Source: Candidatus Poribacteria bacterium (GTDB lineage: Bacteria > Poribacteria > WGA-4E > PCPOR2b). From it: a stretch of 64,000 bases of DNA. The notes under the pieces were generated by a model. The model was not told the DNA's origin. It made no database searches and was given only the letters and a program-made list of their open reading frames with translations. Where the stretch lies: contig OZ240245.1 in assembly GCA_965198175.1 (NCBI GenBank), positions 2,080,001-2,144,000 of the forward strand. Reading direction: 5' to 3'. The position numbers and the translations under genes were made by a program. Below, piece after piece: positions 40,169 to 50,928 of this stretch; within the stretch, counting starts at the first letter, position 1, and each line of letters starts with the position of its first letter.

Positions 40169-41401
40169 GTGCATGCGCAACTGAGTATTGAAGAACAGAT
40201 TGCCCGCATCCGCAGGGGCACAGCAGAGATTATCTCTGAAGCAGAACTTGTCCGAAAATTGAAGATGGCTAGGGAACAAAATCGACCCCTGCGCGTCAAA
40301 CTCGGGCTCGATCCCACAGCACCAGATATTCATCTTGGACTTGCCGTTGTTCTGCGCAAACTCCGTCAGTTTCAAGATCTCGGTCACCAGGTCATCGTCA
40401 TCATCGGGGATTTTACGGCGATGATTGGCGATCCCACTGGTACATCGAAGACGCGACCACAGCTTTCAGAGGAACAAATCAACCTCAACGCCAAAACCTA
40501 CGAAGAACAATATTGTAAAATATTGGATCCGTCGAAAACCTCCACTGTTTTCAACAGTCAATGGCTTGGCGAAATGTCCTTCGCGGATGTAATTAATCTT
40601 AGCGCCAAAACCACCGTCGCGAGGGTGTTAGAACGGGCTGATTTCGCCAATAGATTCCAGGGAGGAGTACCAATTAGCTTACACGAAATGCTGTACCCAA
40701 TCTGTCAAGGCTATGATTCCGTGGTTTTAGATGCAGACATTGAGATGGGTGGTACAGACCAAAAATTCAATATTCTGACGGGGCGAGATCTCCAACGTGC
40801 CTACGGCCAGCCTCCCCAAGTTGCACTTCTGATGCCCTTGCTCGTCGGGTTGGACGGACGCGAAAAAATGAGCAAATCCCTCGACAACTATGTCGGGATT
40901 TATGAACCACCCAACGAAATGTACGCGAAGTTGATGTCTATTCCAGACGAGTTGATGTTCGCCTACTTTGAGCTAGCAACTGATGTACCGCTTGATGAAA
41001 TCCGAAAGTTCGAAGTAGAATTAGGCAACGGCGATCTTCACCCAAGAGCCGTAAAGCAGAGACTCGCGCGTGAAATTGTATCGATTTATCATAATCAAGA
41101 TGCAGCGAAATCGGCTGAAGCTGAATTTGACAAGGTTCATCGTGATCGACAACCCCCTAAAGACCTCCCTCAAGTTGCTATTCCTTCGACTGCGCTCGCC
41201 GATGGCAAAATCTGGCTTACCCATCTCATCACGCGAGCCGGATTTGCCAAAAGCACCAGCGAAGCAAGGCGATTGGTTCAACAAGGCGGGGTGCGTCTTG
41301 ATGATAAGCGGATTACCGATTCATCTCTCGAAATTGTTTTGTGTAGCGGGAGTGTGTTACAAGTTGGGAAGCGACGGTTTGCAAGACTGATCATTCAATA
41401 A
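40169..41401 (+). CDS. tyrS: Tyrosine--tRNA ligase
   Basis: [43 protein letters not shown]4 domain QVGKRRF. Confidence 0.98.
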   Translation: MHAQLSIEEQIARIRRGTAEIISEAELVRKLKMAREQNRPLRVKLGLDPTAPDIHLGLAVVLRKLRQFQDLGHQVIVIIGDFTAMIGDPTGTSKTRPQLSEEQINLNAKTYEEQYCKILDPSKTSTVFNSQWLGEMSFADVINLSAKTTVARVLERADFANRFQGGVPISLHEMLYPICQGYDSVVLDADIEMGGTDQKFNILTGRDLQRAYGQPPQVALLMPLLVGLDGREKMSKSLDNYVGIYEPPNEMYAKLMSIPDELMFAYFELATDVPLDEIRKFEVELGNGDLHPRAVKQRLAREIVSIYHNQDAAKSAEAEFDKVHRDRQPPKDLPQVAIPSTALADGKIWLTHLITRAGFAKSTSEARRLVQQGGVRLDDKRITDSSLEIVLCSGSVLQVGKRRFARLIIQ

Positions 41402-41425
41402 ATCTATGATTCACGTTTTAATCTT

Positions 41426-42091
41426 ATGAAAACCTGTCTGTTCTTACCTGCTTACAATGAATCCCGAACCATCGGTCGGATTATCCAAGAAGCGAGTCTT
41501 TTCGTCGGACACATTATCGTTATTGATGACGGTTCATCCGATAATTCAGCGGAGGTCGCGAGGACACACGGCGCAGTTGTTCTGAAACATACTCAGAATC
41601 GCGGAAAGGGACGCGCGCTGCGGACCGGCTTTGATTACGCTCTCCAAAATGGCTATGAATTGATTGCTACGATGGATAGTGATATGCAACATGACCCCAT
41701 GGATTTACCGCGTTTCTTCGACCATTTTCGTCGAACACGTCCGGATATCCTCATCGGTGGACGGTTTAAAGGACGATCGACGATGCCTCGGCATCGACGC
41801 CTGAATAACTGGTTGGTTTCCATTGTTGGTTCAGCACTTTGTGAGCAAAAAGTCCCGGATTTTCAGTCCGGTTACCGACTCATCAAGGCAGAGGTCTTGA
41901 AAGCCATCCGACTGGAAACCGAGCGATATGAAACGGAATCGGAGTTCTTAATCAAAGCGGGGCGGCTCGGTTTTCGGATTGAGAGCACCCCAATCCAGGC
42001 GATCTACCGGAATGAAGTCAGCAATGTCAAGCTGCCGCGAGAAATGAGCCTATTTACCCGTTTGCTTATCAAAAGTCTCAGAGAAAAATAA
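41426..42091 (+). CDS. Glycosyltransferase family 2 (DPM-synthase-like)
   Basis: PAYNE, DDGSSD, NRGKG, DSDMQH, DFQSGYR. Confidence 0.92.
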   Translation: MKTCLFLPAYNESRTIGRIIQEASLFVGHIIVIDDGSSDNSAEVARTHGAVVLKHTQNRGKGRALRTGFDYALQNGYELIATMDSDMQHDPMDLPRFFDHFRRTRPDILIGGRFKGRSTMPRHRRLNNWLVSIVGSALCEQKVPDFQSGYRLIKAEVLKAIRLETERYETESEFLIKAGRLGFRIESTPIQAIYRNEVSNVKLPREMSLFTRLLIKSLREK

Positions 42092-42243
42092 TAGGTTTAG
42101 ATGTCATTGTGGCAGCAATAATGTTGGTGAACGTATTATGTATAGTGACCGCAGGCAGAAAGAAATAATGGGATTCCGCGAGATTCATCATATGCAAGGC
42201 GCATGACACCGCTGAGGGTTCAAAACATGTTTCGCGGGTAATT

Positions 42244-42996
42244 ATGATTTTTGTGACCAACGACGACGGCATTGAATCAGCGGGATTGAAAGCGCTCGTC
42301 GAGGCGCTTGAATGCCTCGACGAAGTATATATCGTGGCGCCCGACCGGGAACGCAGCGCGATTGGGATGGCAATTACGCTCCATCGTCCGCTCAGAGCGA
42401 AGCAGGTGGCGGATCGCGCCTACGCAGTTGACGGAACGCCAGTCGATTGCGTGGATCTTGCCGTCAGTGCGTTGCTTCCTGAACGTCCGAAACTCCTCGT
42501 TTCCGGCATCAATCATGGACAAAATCTGGGACAAGATCTTCATTTTTCGGGAACCGTTGCGGCTGCGAAAAAAGGTACTTTTCTGGGCATCCCGTCGATT
42601 GCGATTTCACTCGTTTCTGCCCCAGTCTATCACTACGGAGCAGCGGCATCAATTGCCCGTCGCATCGCCAAGCAGGTGATTACGAGCAGATTGCCTGACC
42701 AGATTCTTCTCAATGTCAACGTCCCAAATTGCACGCTTTCAGAGCTTCGGGGGATCGAGATGACACGGCAGGATCTCGGGACTTATGATGCACAAGCTAT
42801 CAGACGTTTGGATCGACAGGGAAATCCGTACTACTGGATTGGCGGCGAACGCGAAAAAGTTGATCGACGAGAGGATACAGACCTCAACACCATACGCAAT
42901 CAATGCGTTTCGATTACACCAGTTCAACTGGACTTTACGGCTCATCACCTAATCGATTCACTGAAAAGTTGGCTTAATGATGAAACTATACAATAG
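42244..42996 (+). CDS. surE: 5'/3'-nucleotidase SurE
   Basis: TNDDG, GTPVDCV, SGINHGQN, SGTVAAA, LNVNVP, YYWIG. Confidence 0.97.
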   Translation: MIFVTNDDGIESAGLKALVEALECLDEVYIVAPDRERSAIGMAITLHRPLRAKQVADRAYAVDGTPVDCVDLAVSALLPERPKLLVSGINHGQNLGQDLHFSGTVAAAKKGTFLGIPSIAISLVSAPVYHYGAAASIARRIAKQVITSRLPDQILLNVNVPNCTLSELRGIEMTRQDLGTYDAQAIRRLDRQGNPYYWIGGEREKVDRREDTDLNTIRNQCVSITPVQLDFTAHHLIDSLKSWLNDETIQ

Positions 42997-44053
42997 GACC
43001 GGAAAGAAAGATGCATTGCTTCATCCGACCAACCTTATCATTAAAGGATTTTTCATCGGAGTTGCCAATGTTATCCCGGGCATGAGCGGCGGAACGATGG
43101 CAATGGTGCTTGGCGTTTACGAACGCATGATTGGAGCTTTACATCAAATCGGGATTTCGACCGCGCTCAAGGTCCTACGGATAGTGACGTTTAAAAAGAG
43201 TGCAATATCTGAAGCACGAGCTGAGTTGCACCGGATTGACTTTGGATTTCTGACCATTATTGCTATTGGAGCGATTCTCGCGATTGTCGCTTCGTCTAGG
43301 CTGATTATTTCTCTGCTTAAACAATATCACGATCCCACCTACGGCTTCTTCTGTGGTTTGATTCTGACCTCTATTATTGTGCCGCTGAAGATAATGAAAC
43401 AATTTACCGCAAAAGCCCTTGTTTTTCTCCTAATTGCTATGGTTATGACCGTAGGGCTTTCGATGAATATGGGCGGCGAGAAAGTCCTGGAAAAATCTAA
43501 ACTCAAAAAACAGCTTCAAACCAATAGCCCGTCTTCCAATGGGACTTCTGTAGCAACAGACAATGGTCAGGGAGTTAAACAGGGCACCCTCCGTACAGTG
43601 AATCACTCCGCTGGTAGGCTATTGTATCTGTTCCTATGTGGTGCTGTTGCTATTTCTGCAATGATTCTCCCGGGGATTAGCGGTTCATTTATGCTGTTCC
43701 TTTTCGGAGTCTATTTTGATATTTTGGCAGCGATAAACAATCGAGATGCATTAGTATTAGCGATTTTCGCTTTTGGATGTGGTCTTGGCCTATTGGCGTT
43801 TTCACGCTTTTTAAACCACGTCCTCGAACACTATCACGATTTGACCGTATCCGTTTTAATTGGGCTGATGCTTGGTTCTGTATACGGAATCTGGCCCTTC
43901 CGAACTTATGAGATTGTTGGCGGCGAACGCATTGACGTTGCGCACATCATACCTCAAGTGAACATGAATGTGTTAATCACGGCGTTGGCATTTCTCGCCG
44001 GTTGTGGGGTTATTTTGCTGTTTTATCGATTCAAGCAAAGGGAATCGGCGTAA
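42977..44053 (+). CDS. DUF368 membrane protein (undecaprenyl-phosphate translocase family)
   Basis: Two repeats GVANVIPGMSGGTMA and AMILPGISGS, GLMLGS..IWPF. Start uncertain. Confidence 0.9.
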   Translation: MMKLYNRTGKKDALLHPTNLIIKGFFIGVANVIPGMSGGTMAMVLGVYERMIGALHQIGISTALKVLRIVTFKKSAISEARAELHRIDFGFLTIIAIGAILAIVASSRLIISLLKQYHDPTYGFFCGLILTSIIVPLKIMKQFTAKALVFLLIAMVMTVGLSMNMGGEKVLEKSKLKKQLQTNSPSSNGTSVATDNGQGVKQGTLRTVNHSAGRLLYLFLCGAVAISAMILPGISGSFMLFLFGVYFDILAAINNRDALVLAIFAFGCGLGLLAFSRFLNHVLEHYHDLTVSVLIGLMLGSVYGIWPFRTYEIVGGERIDVAHIIPQVNMNVLITALAFLAGCGVILLFYRFKQRESA

Positions 44054-44112
44054 CTCAACTGAATTGAAATCGCTGCCATCCAGGTGTATTCCCTCCCAAC
44101 AACAATGAGATT

Positions 44113-44982
44113 ATGAAAACAGTCGGTTTTTTTGTCAACACGTCTAAGCCCAAAGCATCCGAAGTCGTCATCGCCTTATACAATTGGCTTCGGGACAAAA
44201 GTATCGAGCCGTTGATCCCTGATGAGCAAGCTTTAACACTCGGTGTACCACGGTCAGGATGCGATCAGAACGGCGTTGTTGCCCAATGCGATTTTTTATT
44301 GGTGCTTGGTGGCGATGGAACGCTATTAAACGCTGCCCACACGCCCCGGATCGAAAACGTGCCAATCCTTGCGGTAAATCTCGGTCATCTTGGTTTCCTT
44401 ACTGAAGTTTCGCTTGATGAGCTTTATCCGGCGCTAACTAACATCTTTGCGGGAAATTACAATATCGATCAGCGGATGATGCTAGAGATCGATGTGGACA
44501 ATCCCGATTTGCGAGGTTCGGAATCTTTTGCCCTTAATGATGTTGTGATTCGCTGTTATGGACAGCTCATTGAACTCGATACCTATATTGATGGCGAAGT
44601 GTTCGTGATGTATAACGCTGATGGCTTGATTATCGCCACTCCAAGTGGTTCAACAGCCTATTCCCTAGCAAGCGGTGGGACTATTGTCGACCCGCACCTC
44701 AACGCGATTCTTTTAACACCGATTGCGCCCCATTCGCTCACGGTTCGCCCCTTTATAGCACACGGAGATTCCGAGATTACTGTTGCGATGCGATCTGATT
44801 ACAGCAGCGTCGACCTTTTTGTTGACGGACAACGTGAAACACACTCTCTTGCCTCAGACTGCTTGATTCGTATCCGAAAGGCGAAAAAAACAATCCAACT
44901 CATTCGTTCTCAGCATCGCAGTGCCTACGACGCCTTACGAACCAAATTAATGTTGGGAGAGGGAACGAAACGTAAAACGTAA
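44113..44982 (+). CDS. nadK: NAD(+) kinase
   Basis: GGDGTLL, NLGHLGFL, ALND, DGLIIATPSGSTAYSLASGG, PIAPH. Confidence 0.97.
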   Translation: MKTVGFFVNTSKPKASEVVIALYNWLRDKSIEPLIPDEQALTLGVPRSGCDQNGVVAQCDFLLVLGGDGTLLNAAHTPRIENVPILAVNLGHLGFLTEVSLDELYPALTNIFAGNYNIDQRMMLEIDVDNPDLRGSESFALNDVVIRCYGQLIELDTYIDGEVFVMYNADGLIIATPSGSTAYSLASGGTIVDPHLNAILLTPIAPHSLTVRPFIAHGDSEITVAMRSDYSSVDLFVDGQRETHSLASDCLIRIRKAKKTIQLIRSQHRSAYDALRTKLMLGEGTKRKT

Positions 44983-45006
44983 GGCATAGATTTCTTTATT
45001 TACGAT

Positions 45007-46740
45007 ATGATCGAGGAACTTTATATTCACAATATTGCACTTATTGATGAACTCCGACTCGAATTTTCCCCTGGTCTCAATATTTTCACCGGCGAAACGG
45101 GAACTGGAAAGTCTGTCATCCTAAGCGCCGTGGGATTGGCATTAGGCGAACGCCGTGTCTCTGGAGTTGTTCCACCGGGCAAGAGCCACGCAAAAGTGCA
45201 GATTGCGGTTAATCTGCCCCCGGTCCATCCAGTATGGCATTGCCTCAGTGAATCCGGTCTCGCTAATGCCGTTGATTCACAGGAGGGGTTGCTTATATCT
45301 CGACAAATTAGCGGAAACGGACGGAGTCGGTGCCATCTTAACGGACAGATCGTCAACCTGACGCTTCTACAGGCAATTGGGAACCTGCTGGTCGATATTC
45401 ACGGTCAGCATGAACATCAGTCGCTTTTCCGATTCGAGACCCATTTGAATCTCCTCGATGCTTTCGGTAAACTTGAGGGGCTGCGATTGCAGGTCAGTAA
45501 AACGTACGATGAAATTCACACGTTACGCGGGCATCTTGCCGATCTTTCACGGAGGTTGCACGAAGCGACGCATGAGAAGGAGTTGTTGGAATTTCAACTA
45601 GATGAATTGGAGAATGCCCAACTTCAAGAAGAAGAGGAAGAGAGCCTTGTCAATGAGCGTAACCTCCTCAGTAACGCGGAAGCTCGTTTTGAATCCGCGA
45701 GCCTGGCTTACGATCAGCTTCATGGTGGAGTCCAATCGGATTCTTCAATACTGGACAACCTGAAAGGGATGAATCGCACAATTTCGAAACTCAGTCAGAT
45801 GGACGGAAATCTAGTTGAGTTAAATGTCCGGTTTGAATCTGCTTTGTACGAATTGGAGGATATCACCTATCAAATTCGTGACTACCGTGACACTGTTGAA
45901 TTTAACTCACATCGTCTCACGGAAGTCGAAGAACGTTTAGATCTCATCCACCGGCTCAAGCGGAAGTACGGTAATTCTATCGCTGAAATTTTGGATTATC
46001 AAGCGCATGTGGATCGGACGCTGAAAGAATTCCTAGTCAGTTCTGAACACATCGAAGAACTGGAAAATCAGATTCAGGTTGCGATTACGAAGGGACAGGA
46101 GCTCGCGGTTGAACTCTCTGAAAAACGTAAAGAAACCGCCACGCGGTTGGAGTCTTTAATCGAGATGCAACTCCAAACGCTGGGAATGGAAAAGACAATT
46201 TTCCGGATTCTTGTGCAGCCGGTGGAGTCGCCCAATGGAATCTTGCAGATCAATGGAAAACGGTATGAATTGAGGTCCCGTGGCATGGATGAAATCGAAT
46301 TTCTGATTGCACCCAACATTGGATCTGAACCGAAATCTTTGGCAAAAATTGCGTCCGGCGGTGAAATCTCTCGCGTCATGCTTGCCCTGAAAACCGCACT
46401 TGCTCGAATTGACAACATCCCATCAATGATCTATGACGAGATTGATGTCGGCATCGGTGGGCATACGGCGGATATCGTTGGGCAAAAATTGGAGGAATTA
46501 GCGCGTTTGCGTCAAGTCATCTGTATCACGCACCTTCCGCAAATCGCACGCCTCGCCAATAGGCATTTTCGTGTCGAAAAACATGTAAAAGACAATCGGA
46601 CAACAATCTCAGCGAAACAGTTGACTTCGGAAGAACGGGTTGAGGAAATTGCCCGGATGCATGGCGGAGAGTTGACGGAAACTACACTTGTACGTGCACG
46701 AGAACTGTTAAAAGGACTAAGTTCAAAGGCGTGTGGGTGA
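45007..46740 (+). CDS. recN: DNA repair protein RecN
   Basis: TGETGTGKS, DIHGQHEHQSL, ASGGEISRVMLALK, DEIDVGIGG, ITHLPQIA. Confidence 0.97.
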   Translation: MIEELYIHNIALIDELRLEFSPGLNIFTGETGTGKSVILSAVGLALGERRVSGVVPPGKSHAKVQIAVNLPPVHPVWHCLSESGLANAVDSQEGLLISRQISGNGRSRCHLNGQIVNLTLLQAIGNLLVDIHGQHEHQSLFRFETHLNLLDAFGKLEGLRLQVSKTYDEIHTLRGHLADLSRRLHEATHEKELLEFQLDELENAQLQEEEEESLVNERNLLSNAEARFESASLAYDQLHGGVQSDSSILDNLKGMNRTISKLSQMDGNLVELNVRFESALYELEDITYQIRDYRDTVEFNSHRLTEVEERLDLIHRLKRKYGNSIAEILDYQAHVDRTLKEFLVSSEHIEELENQIQVAITKGQELAVELSEKRKETATRLESLIEMQLQTLGMEKTIFRILVQPVESPNGILQINGKRYELRSRGMDEIEFLIAPNIGSEPKSLAKIASGGEISRVMLALKTALARIDNIPSMIYDEIDVGIGGHTADIVGQKLEELARLRQVICITHLPQIARLANRHFRVEKHVKDNRTTISAKQLTSEERVEEIARMHGGELTETTLVRARELLKGLSSKACG

Positions 46741-47035
46741 GATAAATATGCCGTTTTCGGCAACAAAAACTAACTTTGAGAATGACTTGATTGATATATC
46801 AACGGTTCAATCAAGTTGCAGCTATAACGGAACAACAGGTTGAAAAGGTGTTTACAACAATTTTGTGCGTTGTTATCCTCTTGGAAGGTGCATTTTAGAA
46901 TGGTGAGAAAGGGGTATTCCTTTTCAAGTGTCTTTTCAAAACAGACATGCAGGCAAGAAAACATCCATGGTTTTCAAAAATTGGAGGATGGTTGGAGTCG
47001 TTCTCCATAGTGTATGTATAGAAGGCGGATGAAAT

Positions 47036-50000
47036 ATGGACAAAAGATTTATACAGGAAAGTGGTACGAACGTTTATACAGGTTGTGAGTTGTTAATTAA
47101 AGGGGTGCTCGAAAGTGGAGTCAGTCTGCTAACAGGATACCCGGGATCGCCGCTTGCCGACGTCTTCGAAGTCATTCGACGGAACGCAGATCTTTTTAAG
47201 GAACATGGCATTGTTGCGCAGATTGCAAACAATGAAGCCCTTAGCGTCGCAAGGCTTAACGGATCGCAGATGGCGCAACTGCGTGCAGTTGCTTTTATGA
47301 AGAGCGTTGGACTGCATGTGGCGTCTGACGCCCTGGCGATTAGCAATTTGGCGGGAACAACGGGTGGGGCCGTAGTTGTCGTCGGAGATGATCCTGCCTC
47401 GAGCAGCACACAAGTACCTGCGGATTCGCGTTTTATAGCCCGTCATCTCTATGCGCCTGTTGTGGAACCGAGCACATTCCAGGAAGTGAAGGATTGGTTA
47501 CGTGTTGCTTTTGAACTCTCCGTTAATTCCAGTCTATACACAACCTACCTAGTCACGGTAAATCAGGCAGATGGCGGGGGAAATGTCCAGCTTCATCCGA
47601 ACCACTATCCCGACATTAACGCGAAAGATACGACGACGCTCAATACGGATGAGATTAATGTAGATAACCGCGTGGTTTTGCCGCCCGATAGCGCTCGGAT
47701 TGAGATTGAAACGTTAGAAAGGCGTTTCCCCAATGCGATTAAGACTGCACGAGACCACAATCTGAATCAAATTTACAATCTAAACGGGATCCAACACGAG
47801 ATGGGTTTTGTCACGTCAGGAATGGCATACACGTATCTTGAGCATGCTCTTCATGAGCTGGATATCCAAGGACAAATTCCAATCCTTAAACTCGGTTTGA
47901 CCCATCCGGTTGATGCAGAGATTGTACGCCAATTTTCGGCGAATGTCCGCGAGATTTACGTTGTTGAGGAGAAGCGCCCACTTCTTGAGAAGGACATCAA
48001 GACAATCGTGGGTGAGCTCTACCAAAGTGGCGAAGTCGATCGATTTGTGCAGGTGTGGGGGAAACAATTTCCAAACGGCTTAGCTGGGATTCCCGAATCG
48101 CTTGGTCTCAATCCGTCCATCCTGATTCAACGGTTGATTCCACTCCTTCGGTGGAAGATTCAAGCAGACTCCTCCTTCCAATCCAAAGGATTAGAAGGAA
48201 GGGAAAAAGTTACGCCTTCTCCTGGGCTTCAGATTGGGAGGGCTGAGGAATCCTGTTTTTCCGCTGCGAAAATCCATATCAATGAAGGTGTGCTCTCGCG
48301 AGAAGAAAAACGGATTGAACAGGTGAATTCTTATGAAGTTCAAATTTCAGCGCGAACACCCACTTTTTGTCCGGGGTGTCCGCATCGCGATTCTTCAAGT
48401 GTTTTTTTGGAGATTGCCAAGCATTTTATGGATGTTGACTACATGGAAAAGCAGCACGCCTCCTCACCCGTAGATCTCGTTTTTCATGGGGACATCGGCT
48501 GTTATTCTATGCTGAAGTACGAACCGTTTCCACGTCTCATGCACAATCTATCAGCGATGGCTCTGGGCGGCGGTACAGGAGCAGGAATTGATTCATTCAT
48601 TAAAAATAAACAGATTGTCTTTATGGGCGATTCCACATTCTTCCATGGGGGGATGTCGGCAATATCCGACTCAATTAAGAATGGACAAGATATCACCTAC
48701 GTCATCCTAGATAATAAGACAACTGCGATGACAGGACATCAACCTACGCCGGCGGGGGAGGAGGATATTCTCGGCAATTCGACGTTCGCTCAGGACATTG
48801 AAAAAGTTGCGCAAGGACTCGCTGGGAGTTCCAATCTCTTCATCGTCCGAACCAATCCTGAAGATCGTGTCAAGTATAAGGCACTTCTTGAGGAATCAAT
48901 TCTCCATCCAGGCGTTAAGATTGTCATTGCTGATAAGGAGTGTGGAATCACTTACCATCGCCGTTTGCGCCGCGAACACCAAAGAACCATTAAAGAAAGA
49001 GGTTTCTTGAAGGTCGAGAAGCATATCAATATCACCCCGGAGGTTTGCGAATTCTGTCTGGAATGCACCAAAGCCACAGGTTGTCCCGGTCTAAAGGTCA
49101 GCGAAACTGATTACGGACCAAAAATTGGCATCGATTCATCAAACTGCGTGTCCGACGGGGCTTGTGCTCGGATTAAGTGGGCATGTCCCTCGTTTGAAGA
49201 GGTCATCGTAACACGCAAGCGTCCACCGCGAGTGTTGGTGGATGCAGACTTAAATTTGAAGGAACGAGAGAATAACATATCAATTGGTGTCGCTCCCACC
49301 GTAGTGGAGCCGCTTCCGCTACCGTCGCTGCGGGATTTCGATCGGACGTGGAGTGTTTATGCCGCTGGCGTTGGTGGAATGGGCATTGGTACAATCTCCT
49401 CCATACTAGTTCTCGCTGGGTATACACAAGGGTATCAAGTACAATTCTGCGATAAGAAGGGTTTGGCAATACGCAACGGTGGCGTCTATGCCCATGTGAT
49501 TTATTCAAAGACCGACAATCAAATTTCTCCAATCATCCCTTACGGCAAAGCAGATCTCCTGCTAGGTTTGGACATTTTAGAGGCTGTACGTGGCATTGAT
49601 GCGAAGGCGCAATTTCGGATTGCTACGCCAGATGGGACAACCGCTGTCGTCAATACAGCGAAAACAGATACCGTAACCACACTCATTGGCAAAGATAGCT
49701 TTGAAGTTGCAGATCTGGAGAATAGTATACGGACTTATACCAGAACCGATGAATATTTCGGGGCGGACTTATTTGAGGTCTCTGAGCGATTACTAGGAAA
49801 CAAACTCTACGCAAACATCATGCTGCTGGGTGTGGCTTTCCAGCGTGGGCAGCTTCCACTAGAACTCGATCGTGTTCAATCAGCGTTGAAATGGGTGGCG
49901 AAACCTTCCGATCTAGCGTCCAACCAACGCGCTTTTGACATTGGTAGGCGGATTGCTATAGATGCGAAGGTTTTCTCAGTGGCACCCAAACAGCAAGGGT

Positions 50001-50728
50001 ATAAAACGTTACTTAGGGAGAAATGCGGAATATTAGCGAAAAGAAGGCGGGGTGAATTCTTGGAGGGTGAATATGAGAAGCTAGTTCAAGAAGCGGTAGA
50101 GACCATGGAATTAGATGAAAAGACCAATCGCAGCTTCGCGCTGCGGGTGTACGATCTCATTCAATTTGAAGACCTGAACTATGCCCGCTTGTACACCGAA
50201 AAGATTCAGCGCATCTATGCCGAAGACTTTCGTGCGGAGGGCTATCGAGCTACCAAAGCTGCCATCAACTACTTGTTCAAGATTATGCTCATTAAAGACG
50301 AAATTTACGTGGCTCACCTGCTAACTAGCGAGGACAAATTAAAACGCGATAAAGCACAGTATAATGTCGATGAATCAAATGGCGATAGGGTCAAGTATGT
50401 TCACCTCAACCGCCCGCATTTCACTGTAATGGGAGTGGATATTCGGTGGGATATGAACACCCGGAACTGGCAACTGAATTTGATGAAACGGATGAAGTTC
50501 CTCAGACGTTGGCTTTCTCAGTGGCACGCAAAGGAAAAAGCCTTCCGCGATTGGTACATCGTTGAGGTCATCAATACCTTTGCCCCAAAAAATACCAAAG
50601 ATTACGAAACTCACGTTCGTGCGCTGGAAGTCCCTGAAGAAGTCTGTGGTTATCGAGAAGTGCGTTATCCGAAGATGGAAACCGCTAAACAAAAGGTTGA
50701 AACGTTATTATCGAAGATTCATCATTGA
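47036..50728 (+). CDS. Fused indolepyruvate:ferredoxin oxidoreductase (IorA-IorB-DUF6537 type)
   Basis: GYPGSP, RTPTFCPGCPHR, GDSTFFHGG..N TPP motif, CEFC..C...CP ferredoxin, AGVGGMG beta subunit, IKDEIYVA and V.GY.EVR C-terminal domain. Confidence 0.92.
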   Translation: MDKRFIQESGTNVYTGCELLIKGVLESGVSLLTGYPGSPLADVFEVIRRNADLFKEHGIVAQIANNEALSVARLNGSQMAQLRAVAFMKSVGLHVASDALAISNLAGTTGGAVVVVGDDPASSSTQVPADSRFIARHLYAPVVEPSTFQEVKDWLRVAFELSVNSSLYTTYLVTVNQADGGGNVQLHPNHYPDINAKDTTTLNTDEINVDNRVVLPPDSARIEIETLERRFPNAIKTARDHNLNQIYNLNGIQHEMGFVTSGMAYTYLEHALHELDIQGQIPILKLGLTHPVDAEIVRQFSANVREIYVVEEKRPLLEKDIKTIVGELYQSGEVDRFVQVWGKQFPNGLAGIPESLGLNPSILIQRLIPLLRWKIQADSSFQSKGLEGREKVTPSPGLQIGRAEESCFSAAKIHINEGVLSREEKRIEQVNSYEVQISARTPTFCPGCPHRDSSSVFLEIAKHFMDVDYMEKQHASSPVDLVFHGDIGCYSMLKYEPFPRLMHNLSAMALGGGTGAGIDSFIKNKQIVFMGDSTFFHGGMSAISDSIKNGQDITYVILDNKTTAMTGHQPTPAGEEDILGNSTFAQDIEKVAQGLAGSSNLFIVRTNPEDRVKYKALLEESILHPGVKIVIADKECGITYHRRLRREHQRTIKERGFLKVEKHINITPEVCEFCLECTKATGCPGLKVSETDYGPKIGIDSSNCVSDGACARIKWACPSFEEVIVTRKRPPRVLVDADLNLKERENNISIGVAPTVVEPLPLPSLRDFDRTWSVYAAGVGGMGIGTISSILVLAGYTQGYQVQFCDKKGLAIRNGGVYAHVIYSKTDNQISPIIPYGKADLLLGLDILEAVRGIDAKAQFRIATPDGTTAVVNTAKTDTVTTLIGKDSFEVADLENSIRTYTRTDEYFGADLFEVSERLLGNKLYANIMLLGVAFQRGQLPLELDRVQSALKWVAKPSDLASNQRAFDIGRRIAIDAKVFSVAPKQQGYKTLLREKCGILAKRRRGEFLEGEYEKLVQEAVETMELDEKTNRSFALRVYDLIQFEDLNYARLYTEKIQRIYAEDFRAEGYRATKAAINYLFKIMLIKDEIYVAHLLTSEDKLKRDKAQYNVDESNGDRVKYVHLNRPHFTVMGVDIRWDMNTRNWQLNLMKRMKFLRRWLSQWHAKEKAFRDWYIVEVINTFAPKNTKDYETHVRALEVPEEVCGYREVRYPKMETAKQKVETLLSKIHH
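48167..48252. repeat. Palindromic REP/MITE-like element inside the IOR coding sequence
   Basis: Internal hairpins tccttccaatcc-aaa-ggattagaagga and gccttctcc...gggagggc. Imperfect outer inverted ends gactcctc-cttccaatc / gattgggagggct-gaggaatc. Confidence 0.55.
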
Positions 50729-50928
50729 TTCCGAAGTCGTCATCAAGGTTGAAGGGCGTTCATACATTTTCTGTTGAGGAAGACTCACCAAACAATAGCT
50801 TGACAAATTCGATAACTTTCTAATGAGCGACTGATAACCGCTCTGAATTATGAGTTCGAGTTGTTTGAAGGGAAACTTCGTTGCGGAAAGACCGAGTTCG
50901 TTGATGGAATACTGGTGCACGTGAAAGA

